A stretch of DNA of 64,000 nucleotides. Origin: Promethearchaeota archaeon (GTDB lineage: Archaea > Asgardarchaeota > Heimdallarchaeia > Hodarchaeales > Hodarchaeaceae). Of this stretch, positions 19,800 to 30,272 are shown piece by piece. The DNA lies in assembly GCA_048938105.1 (NCBI GenBank), contig JBHLMN010000001.1, positions 288,001-352,000 of the forward strand. The letters are read 5' to 3'. Position 1 is the stretch's first letter. Every line of letters starts with the position of its first letter. The notes below the pieces were generated by a model. That model did no database searches, was not told the origin of the DNA, and worked only from the letters and a program-made list of their open reading frames with translations. The translations under genes were made by a program, and so were the position numbers.

Positions 19800-20348
19800 T
19801 CATTCAGATGTAAAATCTAAAATTTCAGCCCCTAACTGGTCAAAAGCAGCTTGAACACCGTTTCCAGTTTTTGCACTAGTTTCAATGAAATTTAATCCAA
19901 GACGATCAGCGAGTACTTTGCCTTCATCTGTGGATACGGTTTCTGTTCCTTCCTCACGCAAATCGGTTTTGTTTGCAAGCAGAACCACAGGAACATCCTT
20001 ATCACGTTTAGAATTTTTTCGGATATCATCCAACCATTTCTCTACATTTTCAAATGTTTGACGACGTGTAATGTCGTAAACAAGGATTCCACCAAATACT
20101 TTTGTATAATATGCTTTCACGACATCCTTAAAAACAGGCTGCCCTGCAAGATCCCAGATTTGCCAGCGAATATGTGTTTCCTTTATCGTTGTATCATAAA
20201 GGGCAAAATCTGCGCCCATTGTACTTAGATAATCTGTTTCGAAACCCTCACCTAGGTAACGTTTTCGCAGTGAGGTTTTCCCAACTGCTCCATCTCCAAT
20301 TAGTACAATTTTCCATAAGCGATGATCCTCATTACTCAACAATTTCAC
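19800..20348 (-). CDS. Rab-like small GTPase
   Basis: KIVLIGDGAVGKTS, YLSTMGADF, IWDLAGQ, YDIT, NKTDL, ETSAK; no C-terminal Cys prenylation motif. Confidence 0.93.
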   Translation of the reverse strand: MKLLSNEDHRLWKIVLIGDGAVGKTSLRKRYLGEGFETDYLSTMGADFALYDTTIKETHIRWQIWDLAGQPVFKDVVKAYYTKVFGGILVYDITRRQTFENVEKWLDDIRKNSKRDKDVPVVLLANKTDLREEGTETVSTDEGKVLADRLGLNFIETSAKTGNGVQAAFDQLGAEILDFTSE

Positions 20349-20594
20349 CTTTTATAATCCTATTTTGATAGATTTCACAATTTCAAGTGTTCTAAATCCT
20401 TTGCGTAAAGGTTTAAAACCTTTTCTTTAAGTAACACTTGATTATTTCTGATTTTTTCTCGTTTTAAGTCAATTTTTATTTGACACATAAATATCATTTG
20501 ACTAGTGAGGAGAGATTTTTAAGAACTTTGATAAAGAATCTTAGATTAGATGCAATCTACTTCTCTCAAATCTCTCTTACATTAAAGTATCATA

Positions 20595-22298
20595 TTAGAG
20601 ATAAGATTTAGAATCAGTAGGGGAAATTCTTTTAACATATCCCCGTTTTCGTAATTCTTCTAAACACTCTAGTTCTACATCTTGATCTCGCTGTGTTATT
20701 TCTGTTGATGTTTCAGGAGAAAGTACTTTAGACGTTAGTAGTGCCCTAATAGTAGGCCTTAATTTTTCGGGTAATGCTAGTATCCCTAGGGTGTCGAAAG
20801 GTTGGATCTGAACGTATTTAGGGGGTTCTGTACATGAACAAACCTTTTTCCCTGTTTCTTCTTCTAGTTTAAGAAGAAATGGTCTTGGATTGATTCCTAA
20901 TTTTAGGAGATATTCATGCCTAATGTTATGGGTAGTTGTGAACTCATATAACAATAAATCCTTCACAGTGGGGTCAGAAAAATATTTTTGAACGTAATTA
21001 TGGAATAAAATTTCAGGATCCCCACGTAAGAGATCCATTTCAGCTCCATATGCAAGTATCATTTGCCGTAATTGTTCGTTTACCGTATCAATGTCAAAAA
21101 CATATGATTCAAAGATTTCTTCCACAACTTTTGTAGCCCCTGCAAATCCTCCAGTTTTTCCAGTCTTGGAAAAATCATGAATTGCTTCACTAAACTCTTT
21201 CTCAAAACGTTTAATATATTGAAAAAGCAATTCTGTCAGGGTGTCGGTCATCACTGGGCTATAGAGGATACCAATAATCCGTGTTCCTTTTCGTTGAACA
21301 ATTTTCATATTTCCATTGTCAATATAACGTAAATCACCTCGTCGTCCAGCAGTCTCCGAAACCATATGAGCGATGCTAGTCAATGCTGCTGTTATCAGGG
21401 CTGGGTTCTTCATCTCATCCTCTGCCTTTCCAAAGAAATAATAGTACATTGTTGATCCTGATTCTCGGTCTGTTATAAATATGGCAATGGGTGATGCTTC
21501 GGTTTCACTAGTAATCCTTCCAAATTCCTCTTTCTCTGTGATTTCCTGGAATTTTTGGTTCATATCTTGAAATGTTTCATTTACTGGGGATTGTGGAGAT
21601 TCCAGATAATAAATCCCTTGATCTGAAAATTCATTAAGTTCAGGAACCCAAGGAATTGTGTAAAAAATTGGATGTCTTAATTTTGATTCCATCTGTTCAA
21701 GAATTTGTTCAAGTTTCCCAAAGACCACAGGGGGTTTAACCATGTTCATGATTAACAAAGTTGGAGTAGTAAGGAAAGATAAAAAGTTTTGAATTACAGA
21801 TCTAGTTAAGCTGAAAGTAGGATATTTTTCAGACGAGATAATCCAAACCATATCACTCTGAAGAATGGCTTGCATTGTAATACTATTCTCTTCCAGATTA
21901 GCTGGTAAGATAAATGCTAGAAGATCAATTGTGTCTTTGAAAAAAAGTGCATTAACCCGATATTTTGTCCGTTCTCTTAAGTCAATTTGTGGAATTGGGC
22001 ACCCAGCAGAAGGCAGAACACGAACAAATGAGCCTTTATCCACATCATCAAAGATTGATAAGGACTCACTTACAAGAGTATCTTCAGAAATTTCGCTTAG
22101 GAAATCTGTACTGGTGAATTGAGATTTACCATATTTTAAAAGAGAATATCTTAGCTTTTCGGTGATGGAAAAATCAACAACAAGAATTCGCAATCCAGGC
22201 CTCGAGTGAGCGTAAGCTAAGAAAAAATTTAGTGTAATGGTCTTTTTTCCACAACTAGGGGTACGAGAATAAATACTGATCACTTTTGGAGTAGCCAT
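20595..22298 (-). CDS. Degenerate MinD/ParA-like domain + longin domain + C-terminal wHTH-like region
   Basis: KVISIYSRTPSCGKKT, RILVVDFS, LLIMNMV, IPWVPELNEFSDQG; longin IAIFITDRESGSTMY...LITAALTSI...LRYIDNGNMKIV; C-terminal VELECLEELRKRGYV. Confidence 0.7.
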   Translation of the reverse strand: MATPKVISIYSRTPSCGKKTITLNFFLAYAHSRPGLRILVVDFSITEKLRYSLLKYGKSQFTSTDFLSEISEDTLVSESLSIFDDVDKGSFVRVLPSAGCPIPQIDLRERTKYRVNALFFKDTIDLLAFILPANLEENSITMQAILQSDMVWIISSEKYPTFSLTRSVIQNFLSFLTTPTLLIMNMVKPPVVFGKLEQILEQMESKLRHPIFYTIPWVPELNEFSDQGIYYLESPQSPVNETFQDMNQKFQEITEKEEFGRITSETEASPIAIFITDRESGSTMYYYFFGKAEDEMKNPALITAALTSIAHMVSETAGRRGDLRYIDNGNMKIVQRKGTRIIGILYSPVMTDTLTELLFQYIKRFEKEFSEAIHDFSKTGKTGGFAGATKVVEEIFESYVFDIDTVNEQLRQMILAYGAEMDLLRGDPEILFHNYVQKYFSDPTVKDLLLYEFTTTHNIRHEYLLKLGINPRPFLLKLEEETGKKVCSCTEPPKYVQIQPFDTLGILALPEKLRPTIRALLTSKVLSPETSTEITQRDQDVELECLEELRKRGYVKRISPTDSKSYL

Positions 22299-22643
22299 TT
22301 TTATTTCAGCACATGTATTTTGATAATTCAGATAAAATCAATGTTCTAATAACTTAATACAGTTTAACTTTCCTTTTAAATTGAATGTTTACAGAGGTGA
22401 ATCTAATTATCATATTTATATTTTTAATAGATCTAAATTTAAGATTAGGAAATTAATATGAATATTTCCAATATATTTTCTTCTGCATTATGATTAAGTT
22501 AATTATATGATTTCTTTCAAACCACAATCAATAAACTTTTGGTTCATTATGAAATCCTATCCCTTGACATCTGAATAGTAAAGAAAATGACTACTCAAAA
22601 GTTTTACAATTCTGGCAACTTAAATATACAAGGACTGTTTTAA

Positions 22644-23450
22644 ATGGAAAAGGAAACACAAGACCAATCCCCTGTTGTTTCATTATCTTTAGATGAAGTG
22701 GGACTCACTGATTTTCAAACGCAGGTCTCTATCACTCGGGGAACCAAGGTTTATCGTTATCAAACTACTGTTAGTGTTGTTATCGACTTACCTCCTTCCC
22801 GAAAAGGGGCTCATTTATCCCGTTTCGTTGAATTGATTTCTGAAATCCTCAGTAGTGAAGTTCAAATCCACTATTCCTTAGAAGAGATGTCCATTCACGT
22901 TCTACGGAAATTAAATGAACGACATCCATTTGAAAAAGGATCAATTACCTTAGATTTCATTTTTTTTACAAATAGAATCACACCAGTCTCACAACGACCT
23001 TCAATAGAAAATTATAAAGCTCAATTGATTACTTGGTGGGATAAAGGTAACATTATGCATAAACTTACTTTAGGAACGTATGGAAGCACCGCATGTCCTC
23101 ATGCTCTTTCTCAAAACTCTGCGAACCGTACCCATATTCAACGTGCCTACGCTGAAATTAGTTTGCAAGGTAAAACAACCGATATCCCTGATATGGAGGA
23201 TTTAAGCGTAATTCTTGACAAAAGTTTTTCAGCTCCGACCTTTTCCCTTCTAAAAGCGGAGGATGAACAGTGGATTGTCAAGCGTATGTGGGAAAATCCA
23301 TTATTTGTGGAAGATGTCACTCGAAATCTATTGCAGCTTGCTCTAGAAAACTATTCTAGTCGAAAATTAGAAATTCAAGCTAAGACTGTCTCTCAAGAAT
23401 CTATTCATAAACATAATATCATATCGAAAGGAAGTATCAGAACCGATTAA
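22644..23450 (+). CDS. mptA: GTP cyclohydrolase FolE2/MptA family
   Basis: ETQD, KGAHLSRF, TACP, THIQR, LLKAEDE, NPLFVED, ESIHKH. Confidence 0.9.
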   Translation: MEKETQDQSPVVSLSLDEVGLTDFQTQVSITRGTKVYRYQTTVSVVIDLPPSRKGAHLSRFVELISEILSSEVQIHYSLEEMSIHVLRKLNERHPFEKGSITLDFIFFTNRITPVSQRPSIENYKAQLITWWDKGNIMHKLTLGTYGSTACPHALSQNSANRTHIQRAYAEISLQGKTTDIPDMEDLSVILDKSFSAPTFSLLKAEDEQWIVKRMWENPLFVEDVTRNLLQLALENYSSRKLEIQAKTVSQESIHKHNIISKGSIRTD

Positions 23451-23493
23451 AACCTCAAATATTTTTAGATGAAAAGAAATTTACTCTAATTAT

Positions 23494-24837
23494 TCAATTA
23501 GACTTCTTTTTCTCTCCGAATATTTTACTTCGGAATTTCTTTGCAGCTGAAAAGATACCAACTCCACTTGCTTCAACAGCTTTTTTTCCTACTGTAAGTG
23601 CAATATCTGTTTTGCTTATTTCTCCTTTCTTAATTCGTTCCATATAATTAACAAGATCCTCATAAGGTGGTAGAAAATCAAAACGATAGATGTCAGCAGC
23701 CCAATAACCTTTCCCACGCTGTAATGTATAGAAAATGCAGACAATGACTAGAATGAGAACCATGAACACCATTGTAATGTCGTGATACCCCTCTGAGAAT
23801 AAGAGATCTCCAAATAAATTGGCCCATGCTATTGTTTGATTACTCATTACTTGCAATTGCATTAAGTGGAAACCTAAAGCAAGCCCCAAATAAATCAAAA
23901 CAATCCCCTCACCACCAACAAAACCAATGAATCTACCTATTCGAAATGGATCCTCCTTGATTTCTTTCTTGGATTCTGGATCGATTACAACACCTTTCAT
24001 TTTAACACGACGTGAGATATTTTGAGCACTATAAAGAAGGGAAAATATCACAAAAAAGTAATCAAAACTTGTTATAATACCTTCAGATCCAGTCACAGAG
24101 GTTAAAAAGATCATTATTTGATTGGGTAAAGTCATTACAAAAAAGAAACCTAGAGTTGTATTGAAAACATCATCATTGAAAATCCATCCTTGAACCACCA
24201 ATATAATCAGGATTGCAACAATAACACCAATGACACCCAATGTAAAATAACTTATACGATTTTCAGTAAAACCAACATAAGTCATAACAATATTCCAGAA
24301 AAGCGAAGCTATCGCTATGAGGGTCATTACACCTGAAAAGATGGATTTGTGATCTGTCGTTGGTTTTCCTAAAAACAAAACACTACCAGTTATTTTATTA
24401 TTAAACATCCCCTTTGAAAAGGCAAACGAGGCTAGAGGAACCAAAAACGCCCAGCTTAAGAAAGCTAGAAGGGGAAAATACTGGATCAATAAATCAGAAA
24501 GGATTTCAAAAAATAACACTACTAAAACAGTGATAACTACTATCAATAGAAGGATGAAACGAACAATTGTATTTAATTTCTTAGAAACTAAACCTGAAAC
24601 TATAAAACCCAAAGCTATACTAATCTGCGCCATGAATGCTACTTCAAGCAGGGTAAAGTCACCAATAGTAATTGTTTCTGATGTTTGACTTTGGAGGACG
24701 ACTGCTCCTGTTGTTATTACTGAAGTTATAAATAAAATCAAACTAAACAGGATTAAACGCCTAGAAAATAGAATTCGTACCCCACCAAACAATGTTGATT
24801 TTAGATAATCCCAAAATGCCTTTTCTACATAACTCAT
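23494..24837 (-). CDS. Polytopic membrane protein of unknown function
   Basis: About 10-11 hydrophobic segments. Confidence 0.8.
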   Translation of the reverse strand: MSYVEKAFWDYLKSTLFGGVRILFSRRLILFSLILFITSVITTGAVVLQSQTSETITIGDFTLLEVAFMAQISIALGFIVSGLVSKKLNTIVRFILLLIVVITVLVVLFFEILSDLLIQYFPLLAFLSWAFLVPLASFAFSKGMFNNKITGSVLFLGKPTTDHKSIFSGVMTLIAIASLFWNIVMTYVGFTENRISYFTLGVIGVIVAILIILVVQGWIFNDDVFNTTLGFFFVMTLPNQIMIFLTSVTGSEGIITSFDYFFVIFSLLYSAQNISRRVKMKGVVIDPESKKEIKEDPFRIGRFIGFVGGEGIVLIYLGLALGFHLMQLQVMSNQTIAWANLFGDLLFSEGYHDITMVFMVLILVIVCIFYTLQRGKGYWAADIYRFDFLPPYEDLVNYMERIKKGEISKTDIALTVGKKAVEASGVGIFSAAKKFRSKIFGEKKKSN

Positions 24838-24981
24838 TGATTATTCCTCAATTATTTCTACTAATTAACACATCTAAATAACAAATAAGAGAAATTTTAA
24901 AATTTCTTCGAACTCCTGATATTTTATTGTTAAAGAAGTTAAATCTGCAATACACCAATTTTTTTAATGAAGTGAAGAGGA

Positions 24982-25293
24982 ATGGATTTGAACAGTATTA
25001 CTAGTGAAGTAGATAAATTTATCCGATCTCATGGAGGATATTGGGAGCCAGCTTGGCTTTTAGCAGCAATAAATGAGGAATTAGGAGAATTATCTCGAGC
25101 TCTGCAAATATATTCAGGAATTAGAACAACAGAAGCTTTAGAAAAGAAAACATCTATAATAGGTTCCATTGAAGAGGAATGTGGTGATATTTTCTATGCG
25201 TTAATCTGTTTAGCCAATTTTTTCAACTTAGACTTAGAAACTGCGTTATATAAGACCTTAAACAAATATAATTCGCGATATGAGCTTAAATGA
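24982..25293 (+). CDS. MazG-like nucleotide pyrophosphohydrolase (YpjD-like)
   Basis: GGYW, EELGEL, EEECGD, LICLAN, KYNSR. Confidence 0.88.
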   Translation: MDLNSITSEVDKFIRSHGGYWEPAWLLAAINEELGELSRALQIYSGIRTTEALEKKTSIIGSIEEECGDIFYALICLANFFNLDLETALYKTLNKYNSRYELK

Positions 25294-25433
25294 TAAATGG
25301 AGATTACTAAGGTTAAGTATGACGATTTAGAGTTCTTTGCTTATGAAAGAAATACCGCAAGCTTTAATTATTTATTAAGAGGCTGGATCAATTCCAAATA
25401 GATGTAAATATTATTCAAATAGGATGAGTAAAA

Positions 25434-26885
25434 ATGGCAAGTGTAATAAAAATAATAGCTGGAATCTTCATTATAATGATAGGCTTTCCTATCTTTATTG
25501 GTGGCAGCGCAATTCTCCTCATCACACCTATTTTCACTGATGATCAAGGATACTTTATGACAGATCCTATTCACATTGAAAAAGAAGGTTACTCAGCTAT
25601 TCGACTAGATATTCCTCTTGAGGATGTAGAAATCGGAGTACGGATTGATCCGTCAAAATTCGTCACATTAAAAATGAATGTTCATGGCGAAAAATCTAAT
25701 GATAAAGTTTTCGTCGGATTAGCCGAATCGTCTGAAGTTGATAAAGTTTTAACTTCTAATGTTTCCTTTATAAGAATCCAGAACTTTGAGTACTATTCTG
25801 GCTGGGAATTTGGTGAGGAAGATTCAGAATTCAAAATGGAACTTGAATTTATCGAAAATACTTCTACTAGAGCCCCTCCGCAGATTAAAGCAGCTTCATG
25901 GATTGGAGATACTGGTACGACTGGTAATGAATTTATTTGGGCTCCAACATATTTAGAACTGACTAGTGGTAATACACTCTCTTTGGTTTTAATAAATGAA
26001 GACTCTGGAGGAAATCATGGCATATCTAACAATGTTGATATTACTTTTAGTGTAGGAGCGAAGATTCCTATTATAAATGCTATCGGTTGGGTACTCCTCA
26101 TATTTGGTGGTTTGTTCACCTTATTGGGAATTATCCTTCTATGGAGTGGGATACGAACCAAAAAACCCCGGCTTGAGCGTGTGCGATATTACCAAGGAGC
26201 CCCAGCACAAGTAGTTGAGCCTGTGACCAGACCAATTCCGAAATTCCAACTCCAATGCTCTAACTGTGGTTCTTTAAATGAAGCAGATAGTACCTTCTGT
26301 TCTCAATGTGGTGAGATTCTCCTTTCAGAAGATCGAAAATCTATTGATGATGTTGTAGAGGGGAAAGAAGTCAAAATATACGAACCAGTAGGTACTAAAC
26401 TAGTTGTAGCAGAAGGATGGCCTCGCTTCTGGGCTTGGTTAATTGATATCTTTATTGTGAGCATGAGCACAAACCTTCTGAGCTCAATATTGTTCTTTTC
26501 TTTCAATAATTGGGATTGGTGGTCATTTGGTATCTTGAATCCTTTTCAATGGTTATTTAGTCTCGGACCTTCTTCGATAATTTTCTTTTTGTACACTATT
26601 TTCATGGAATACAATTATGGACAAACTATAGGTAAGATGGTTCTTAATCTAGAGGTGGTATCAGAAATCACTGGTGACCGTCCTGTTTTACAAGATTTGG
26701 TCATCTCTGCATTAGGAAAATCTTTTTTCCTTCCTTTGGACGTAATATTAGGATGGTTCGCTCGTGATAAGAACCAAATACCAAATCTTGAGCAAAGATT
26801 AACCCAGAAATGGGCTCGAACTGTTGTGATAGTCCAACAGAAGAAAAAAGAGGAATCTGCTCAATTTGTGTCTAGTAGGGTTTAA
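25434..26885 (+). CDS. Membrane protein with extracytoplasmic domain, double zinc ribbon and C-terminal RDD domain
   Basis: N-terminal TM, second TM, CSNCG...FCSQCG, WPRFWAWLID, GQTIGKMVLNLEVV, QRLTQKWARTVV. Confidence 0.85.
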   Translation: MASVIKIIAGIFIIMIGFPIFIGGSAILLITPIFTDDQGYFMTDPIHIEKEGYSAIRLDIPLEDVEIGVRIDPSKFVTLKMNVHGEKSNDKVFVGLAESSEVDKVLTSNVSFIRIQNFEYYSGWEFGEEDSEFKMELEFIENTSTRAPPQIKAASWIGDTGTTGNEFIWAPTYLELTSGNTLSLVLINEDSGGNHGISNNVDITFSVGAKIPIINAIGWVLLIFGGLFTLLGIILLWSGIRTKKPRLERVRYYQGAPAQVVEPVTRPIPKFQLQCSNCGSLNEADSTFCSQCGEILLSEDRKSIDDVVEGKEVKIYEPVGTKLVVAEGWPRFWAWLIDIFIVSMSTNLLSSILFFSFNNWDWWSFGILNPFQWLFSLGPSSIIFFLYTIFMEYNYGQTIGKMVLNLEVVSEITGDRPVLQDLVISALGKSFFLPLDVILGWFARDKNQIPNLEQRLTQKWARTVVIVQQKKKEESAQFVSSRV

Positions 26886-26943
26886 ATAGACCCCACTACC
26901 TCCTCTTTTTCATTTTTTCTTTTTTTGATATTAAATTCCTGAA

Positions 26944-27426
26944 TTAAATGGAACTCATTATATCCTCTTCAGTCATAAGAACTTCATGAGATTCCTTTAA
27001 GACCCGTTGATAATCGTCAAATGTCAACAATGAGAGTGCTTCCTCAAATGTAGCCCAACGCCAGTTGATATGCTCTGGAGATATATTGATTTCTTTAGAA
27101 AAGAATCTGACTAAGAAAAACACTACTTTCTTGACTATTGTTTTTGGGCCTCGCTTAGGAAAATAAATTGAGTCACTAAGCAATCTCTTAATGATTCTGA
27201 AGTTTGATTGTCCTGTTTCTTCACGAATTTCGCGAATAGCGGTTTGTTCGTAAGATTCTCCTTTATCTTGGCGCCCTTTAGGGAAGGCCCAATACTTGAA
27301 AGGCCCATGGTGTTGTACTAATAGATAGAGGGGTTTTTCACTTTTATTTAGTTCATTGAAGTACACAGGTACTCCTCCACACGAGACTTCATCGAAATGA
27401 GGGAGAAATTCCTGTTTGGGAGTCAT
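26944..27426 (-). CDS. Nudix hydrolase (Ap4A hydrolase-like)
   Basis: WAFPKGRQDKGESYEQTAIREIREETG Nudix box; ISPEH. Confidence 0.9.
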   Translation of the reverse strand: MTPKQEFLPHFDEVSCGGVPVYFNELNKSEKPLYLLVQHHGPFKYWAFPKGRQDKGESYEQTAIREIREETGQSNFRIIKRLLSDSIYFPKRGPKTIVKKVVFFLVRFFSKEINISPEHINWRWATFEEALSLLTFDDYQRVLKESHEVLMTEEDIMSSI

Positions 27427-27640
27427 GAATGGGGATTCCCTGAAATTTAGTTTGTGAATATTTACTAATTCTATTATTACAGGTTATGTTTTAATTGTTA
27501 AGGGTGTTCTATGTTCTTTCAGGAATAATTAATGCGAACTTTCATTTATGAGCCGTATTAATAGAGAAGTAATTTAAAACTTATTATCCTGTTTCTAAAA
27601 GTGGATAAAAAATTGCAAAAATTTGTGAAAAAACGACACA

Positions 27641-28546
27641 TTGTCTGGAGATAGATCTGTGAAAGAAAAGGACATCATAAAATATCGTGTGATTTTAAAA
27701 AAAGAAGATCCATCAACTGATATTTCAAATGTAAAAGGTATTTTATCATTCCAGAGGAATAATCTCATTTTTACCTCGGATGATCTTGATCCAAATCTAG
27801 AAAGAACATATGCTATAAATGAATTAACAAACGCAACAATACTTTTAATGCGAGAATGGTTCAAGAAAAAGGAAATAGTGTCACTCCAATTTACTAGGAG
27901 ACAGGTTTCGGTATCCGTCTTTTTTGAACCCATAGATGTATCACCTGAATTTCTTTTGCAGGAAATCTGGAAAATTCACGAACAAATATCAAAAGGAACT
28001 TTTTCTGGTGTAGTAGGTTCTTTAATTGAAAAAATTGGTGAAGAAAGTCAAAAGATAGTCCATGAGTTCGGAGCAATGATTCAATCTTCTTCCCAAGAAA
28101 TTACCCAAGCAATAGATCAAACGAGACAATTCATCAGAGAAGCAACAAAAAGTGCCAACATTTTGGAATCTATTGATACAGCTCCAGAGAAGAAAAGGAA
28201 AACAATCAATTTAGAAGTAACTGATATCGATGAAATCCTTAAGCGATCTCTAGCCTCAGAAAAGATTGAAGCAATGATTTCTGGTTTGATCGCTAAAGGA
28301 CTAATTTCTGCAAAGGATCAAAAGTTTCAGGAAGCTTTAGATGCTTTAAAAATTGCTCGTGAAGCAGCAAAAAATGAAAACTTGAAAGAATACACTGAAA
28401 TTGTTGATGAAAACATAAAACAAATTGAAAACTTAGATACTGAGAATTTAGATAAACAAGCCATCAAGTATGCAAACGAGGCTCGTGATATTGTAGCCAA
28501 TTGGGAAGAGTCAAAAAATAATGAAAAAGAAGATGCATCCGATTAA
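27641..28546 (+). CDS. Hypothetical protein: possible PH-like N-domain plus coiled-coil/helical repeat
   Basis: KGILSFQRNNLIF and YAINELTN beta pattern; helical C-terminal half. Confidence 0.65.
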   Translation: MSGDRSVKEKDIIKYRVILKKEDPSTDISNVKGILSFQRNNLIFTSDDLDPNLERTYAINELTNATILLMREWFKKKEIVSLQFTRRQVSVSVFFEPIDVSPEFLLQEIWKIHEQISKGTFSGVVGSLIEKIGEESQKIVHEFGAMIQSSSQEITQAIDQTRQFIREATKSANILESIDTAPEKKRKTINLEVTDIDEILKRSLASEKIEAMISGLIAKGLISAKDQKFQEALDALKIAREAAKNENLKEYTEIVDENIKQIENLDTENLDKQAIKYANEARDIVANWEESKNNEKEDASD

Positions 28547-29669
28547 ATGGATCATTATTTTAGGGAGTATTATATGGAGCTTGTACATTGTTATCCCTCT
28601 CTTGGCTACAGGTTACCTTCATTCCCCACTATCTTATAAAACCTCTTTTAGCTACGATTTTAAGTTTAACAGTACACGAGCCTATGATATTATCCAAAAA
28701 CAAGTCAATTTGGGACCTCGTTATCCTGGTTCTGAAGGAATTCAAAAAATTAGGGGATTGATAGCTTCAGAAATCCTCCCAACTCAAAAGTGGGTTATTT
28801 CTTATCAAAATTTCTCAAAGAATTGGATAGATGGCCAAGAAGTAAAACTAGTAAACATTATCTGCAATCCAATTGATCGTAATACAACAGAGCAATCCTT
28901 TTTCTTAATGGCTCATTATGATACACGCTTATGGGCTGATGAAGATCCAAATCCTTCAAAACAAGAAGAACATGTTCTTGGTGCAAATGATGGTGCTTCA
29001 GGAGTAGCAATAGTACTAGAATTAGGGAGGGTATTGCTAGAAGACTACAATGTGACAAATTTTCAACTCATTTTTTTTGATGGTGAAGATCAAGGAGGTA
29101 TTCATGGTTGGGATTGGTTAGTTGGATCTCGATTTTATGTTGAATCTGAACGATTTAGGAGTCAGAATTTGTCGTTTGCAATTCTTTTTGATATGGTCGC
29201 GGGGAAAGATGCCACATTTAAACGAGAAAAGTATTCTGATCAATATGTAGGCAAACTTGTAAATCAGATTTGGAACGAAGCAGCAAACCTAGGATTTAGT
29301 AACTATTTTTTGAATCAATCTGGAGATCACATATTAGATGATCATTTCCCTTTTATTCAAAAAGGATTCTCTGCTATTGACATTATTGATGATTTTGTTC
29401 ATCGTTTCAAACCTTGGCATACAAGTTTTGATAATATGACTTTTATTGACACTAAAACCCTAGAGGCAGTTGGATATACCTTAGAATCGGTGTTAATACA
29501 TCTTTCAGCCTCAATGGAATGGTTGTTTAGTCTTTCAACCTTTCAGTTTCAAACTTCAATCATTTTCTTTGATTTTTTGAATGGTTATCTTCTAATAACA
29601 TTTGAAACAATATACCGTAAAAGAAGGAATTCACATAAACGGATTTATCAATTCTTCATTGAAAATTAA
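28521..29669 (+). CDS. Membrane-anchored M28 peptidase / glutaminyl cyclase-like protein
   Basis: N-terminal TM; GPRYPGS, AHYDTR, GANDGASG, FFDGED, LFDMV, DDH, WHT. Confidence 0.9.
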   Translation: MKKKMHPIKWIIILGSIIWSLYIVIPLLATGYLHSPLSYKTSFSYDFKFNSTRAYDIIQKQVNLGPRYPGSEGIQKIRGLIASEILPTQKWVISYQNFSKNWIDGQEVKLVNIICNPIDRNTTEQSFFLMAHYDTRLWADEDPNPSKQEEHVLGANDGASGVAIVLELGRVLLEDYNVTNFQLIFFDGEDQGGIHGWDWLVGSRFYVESERFRSQNLSFAILFDMVAGKDATFKREKYSDQYVGKLVNQIWNEAANLGFSNYFLNQSGDHILDDHFPFIQKGFSAIDIIDDFVHRFKPWHTSFDNMTFIDTKTLEAVGYTLESVLIHLSASMEWLFSLSTFQFQTSIIFFDFLNGYLLITFETIYRKRRNSHKRIYQFFIEN

Positions 29670-29785
29670 TAAACATTATTCTTATATAGAAACATAGATC
29701 AAAAATAGATCAAGAATTTTCGAATAAAGCTCAAAGTGATAAAGTATTTATTTTGTGTCTCAAACCTGACGCAAAACAGTAAGAG

Positions 29786-30259
29786 ATGACAATTATGGCT
29801 ACGACTAAAGAACTAAACACACAATTAACGTTTAGACCTCTTACAGTGGATGATGTTGATACTATTGTAAGAATTGATCACCAAATTCTTCGACGAGAAC
29901 GTTCCAAGTTATTTCATGATCAATTGCGTGAACAAATACAAAAGCATGGCGAAGAGAGTTTTGCAGCATGTAATGCTGATGGGGCACTCATAGGATACCT
30001 CGTCGCTGAAACTGTGGTCTATATTTACGGAGAAGATGACCTCAGTGCATGGATCATTCTGCTAGGAGTTGATCCTGACCATCAGGACAAAGGTGTGGGA
30101 ACAGCTCTCGTAAAACAAGCAATTGACTACTTCAGTCAAAAGGGAATTAAAACAATTCGAACAATTTGTGCGTGGAATTGGGGTGATTTAGTCGAATTTT
30201 TTAGCTCAGTTGGATTCAACCTCTCCACTTACTTGACATTGGAACTTAACATTGGATAA
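29786..30259 (+). CDS. GNAT-family acetyltransferase
   Basis: LGVDPDHQDKGVGTALV acetyl-CoA-binding motif A. Confidence 0.88.
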   Translation: MTIMATTKELNTQLTFRPLTVDDVDTIVRIDHQILRRERSKLFHDQLREQIQKHGEESFAACNADGALIGYLVAETVVYIYGEDDLSAWIILLGVDPDHQDKGVGTALVKQAIDYFSQKGIKTIRTICAWNWGDLVEFFSSVGFNLSTYLTLELNIG

Positions 30260-30272
30260 CGTCCATAGGAGT

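Noticed and set aside
20510-20576. Inverted repeat GAGAGATTT/AAATCTCTC with inner TAGATT/AATCTA
   Set aside because: Short AT-rich stems; could be a terminator or processing site but too weak to call
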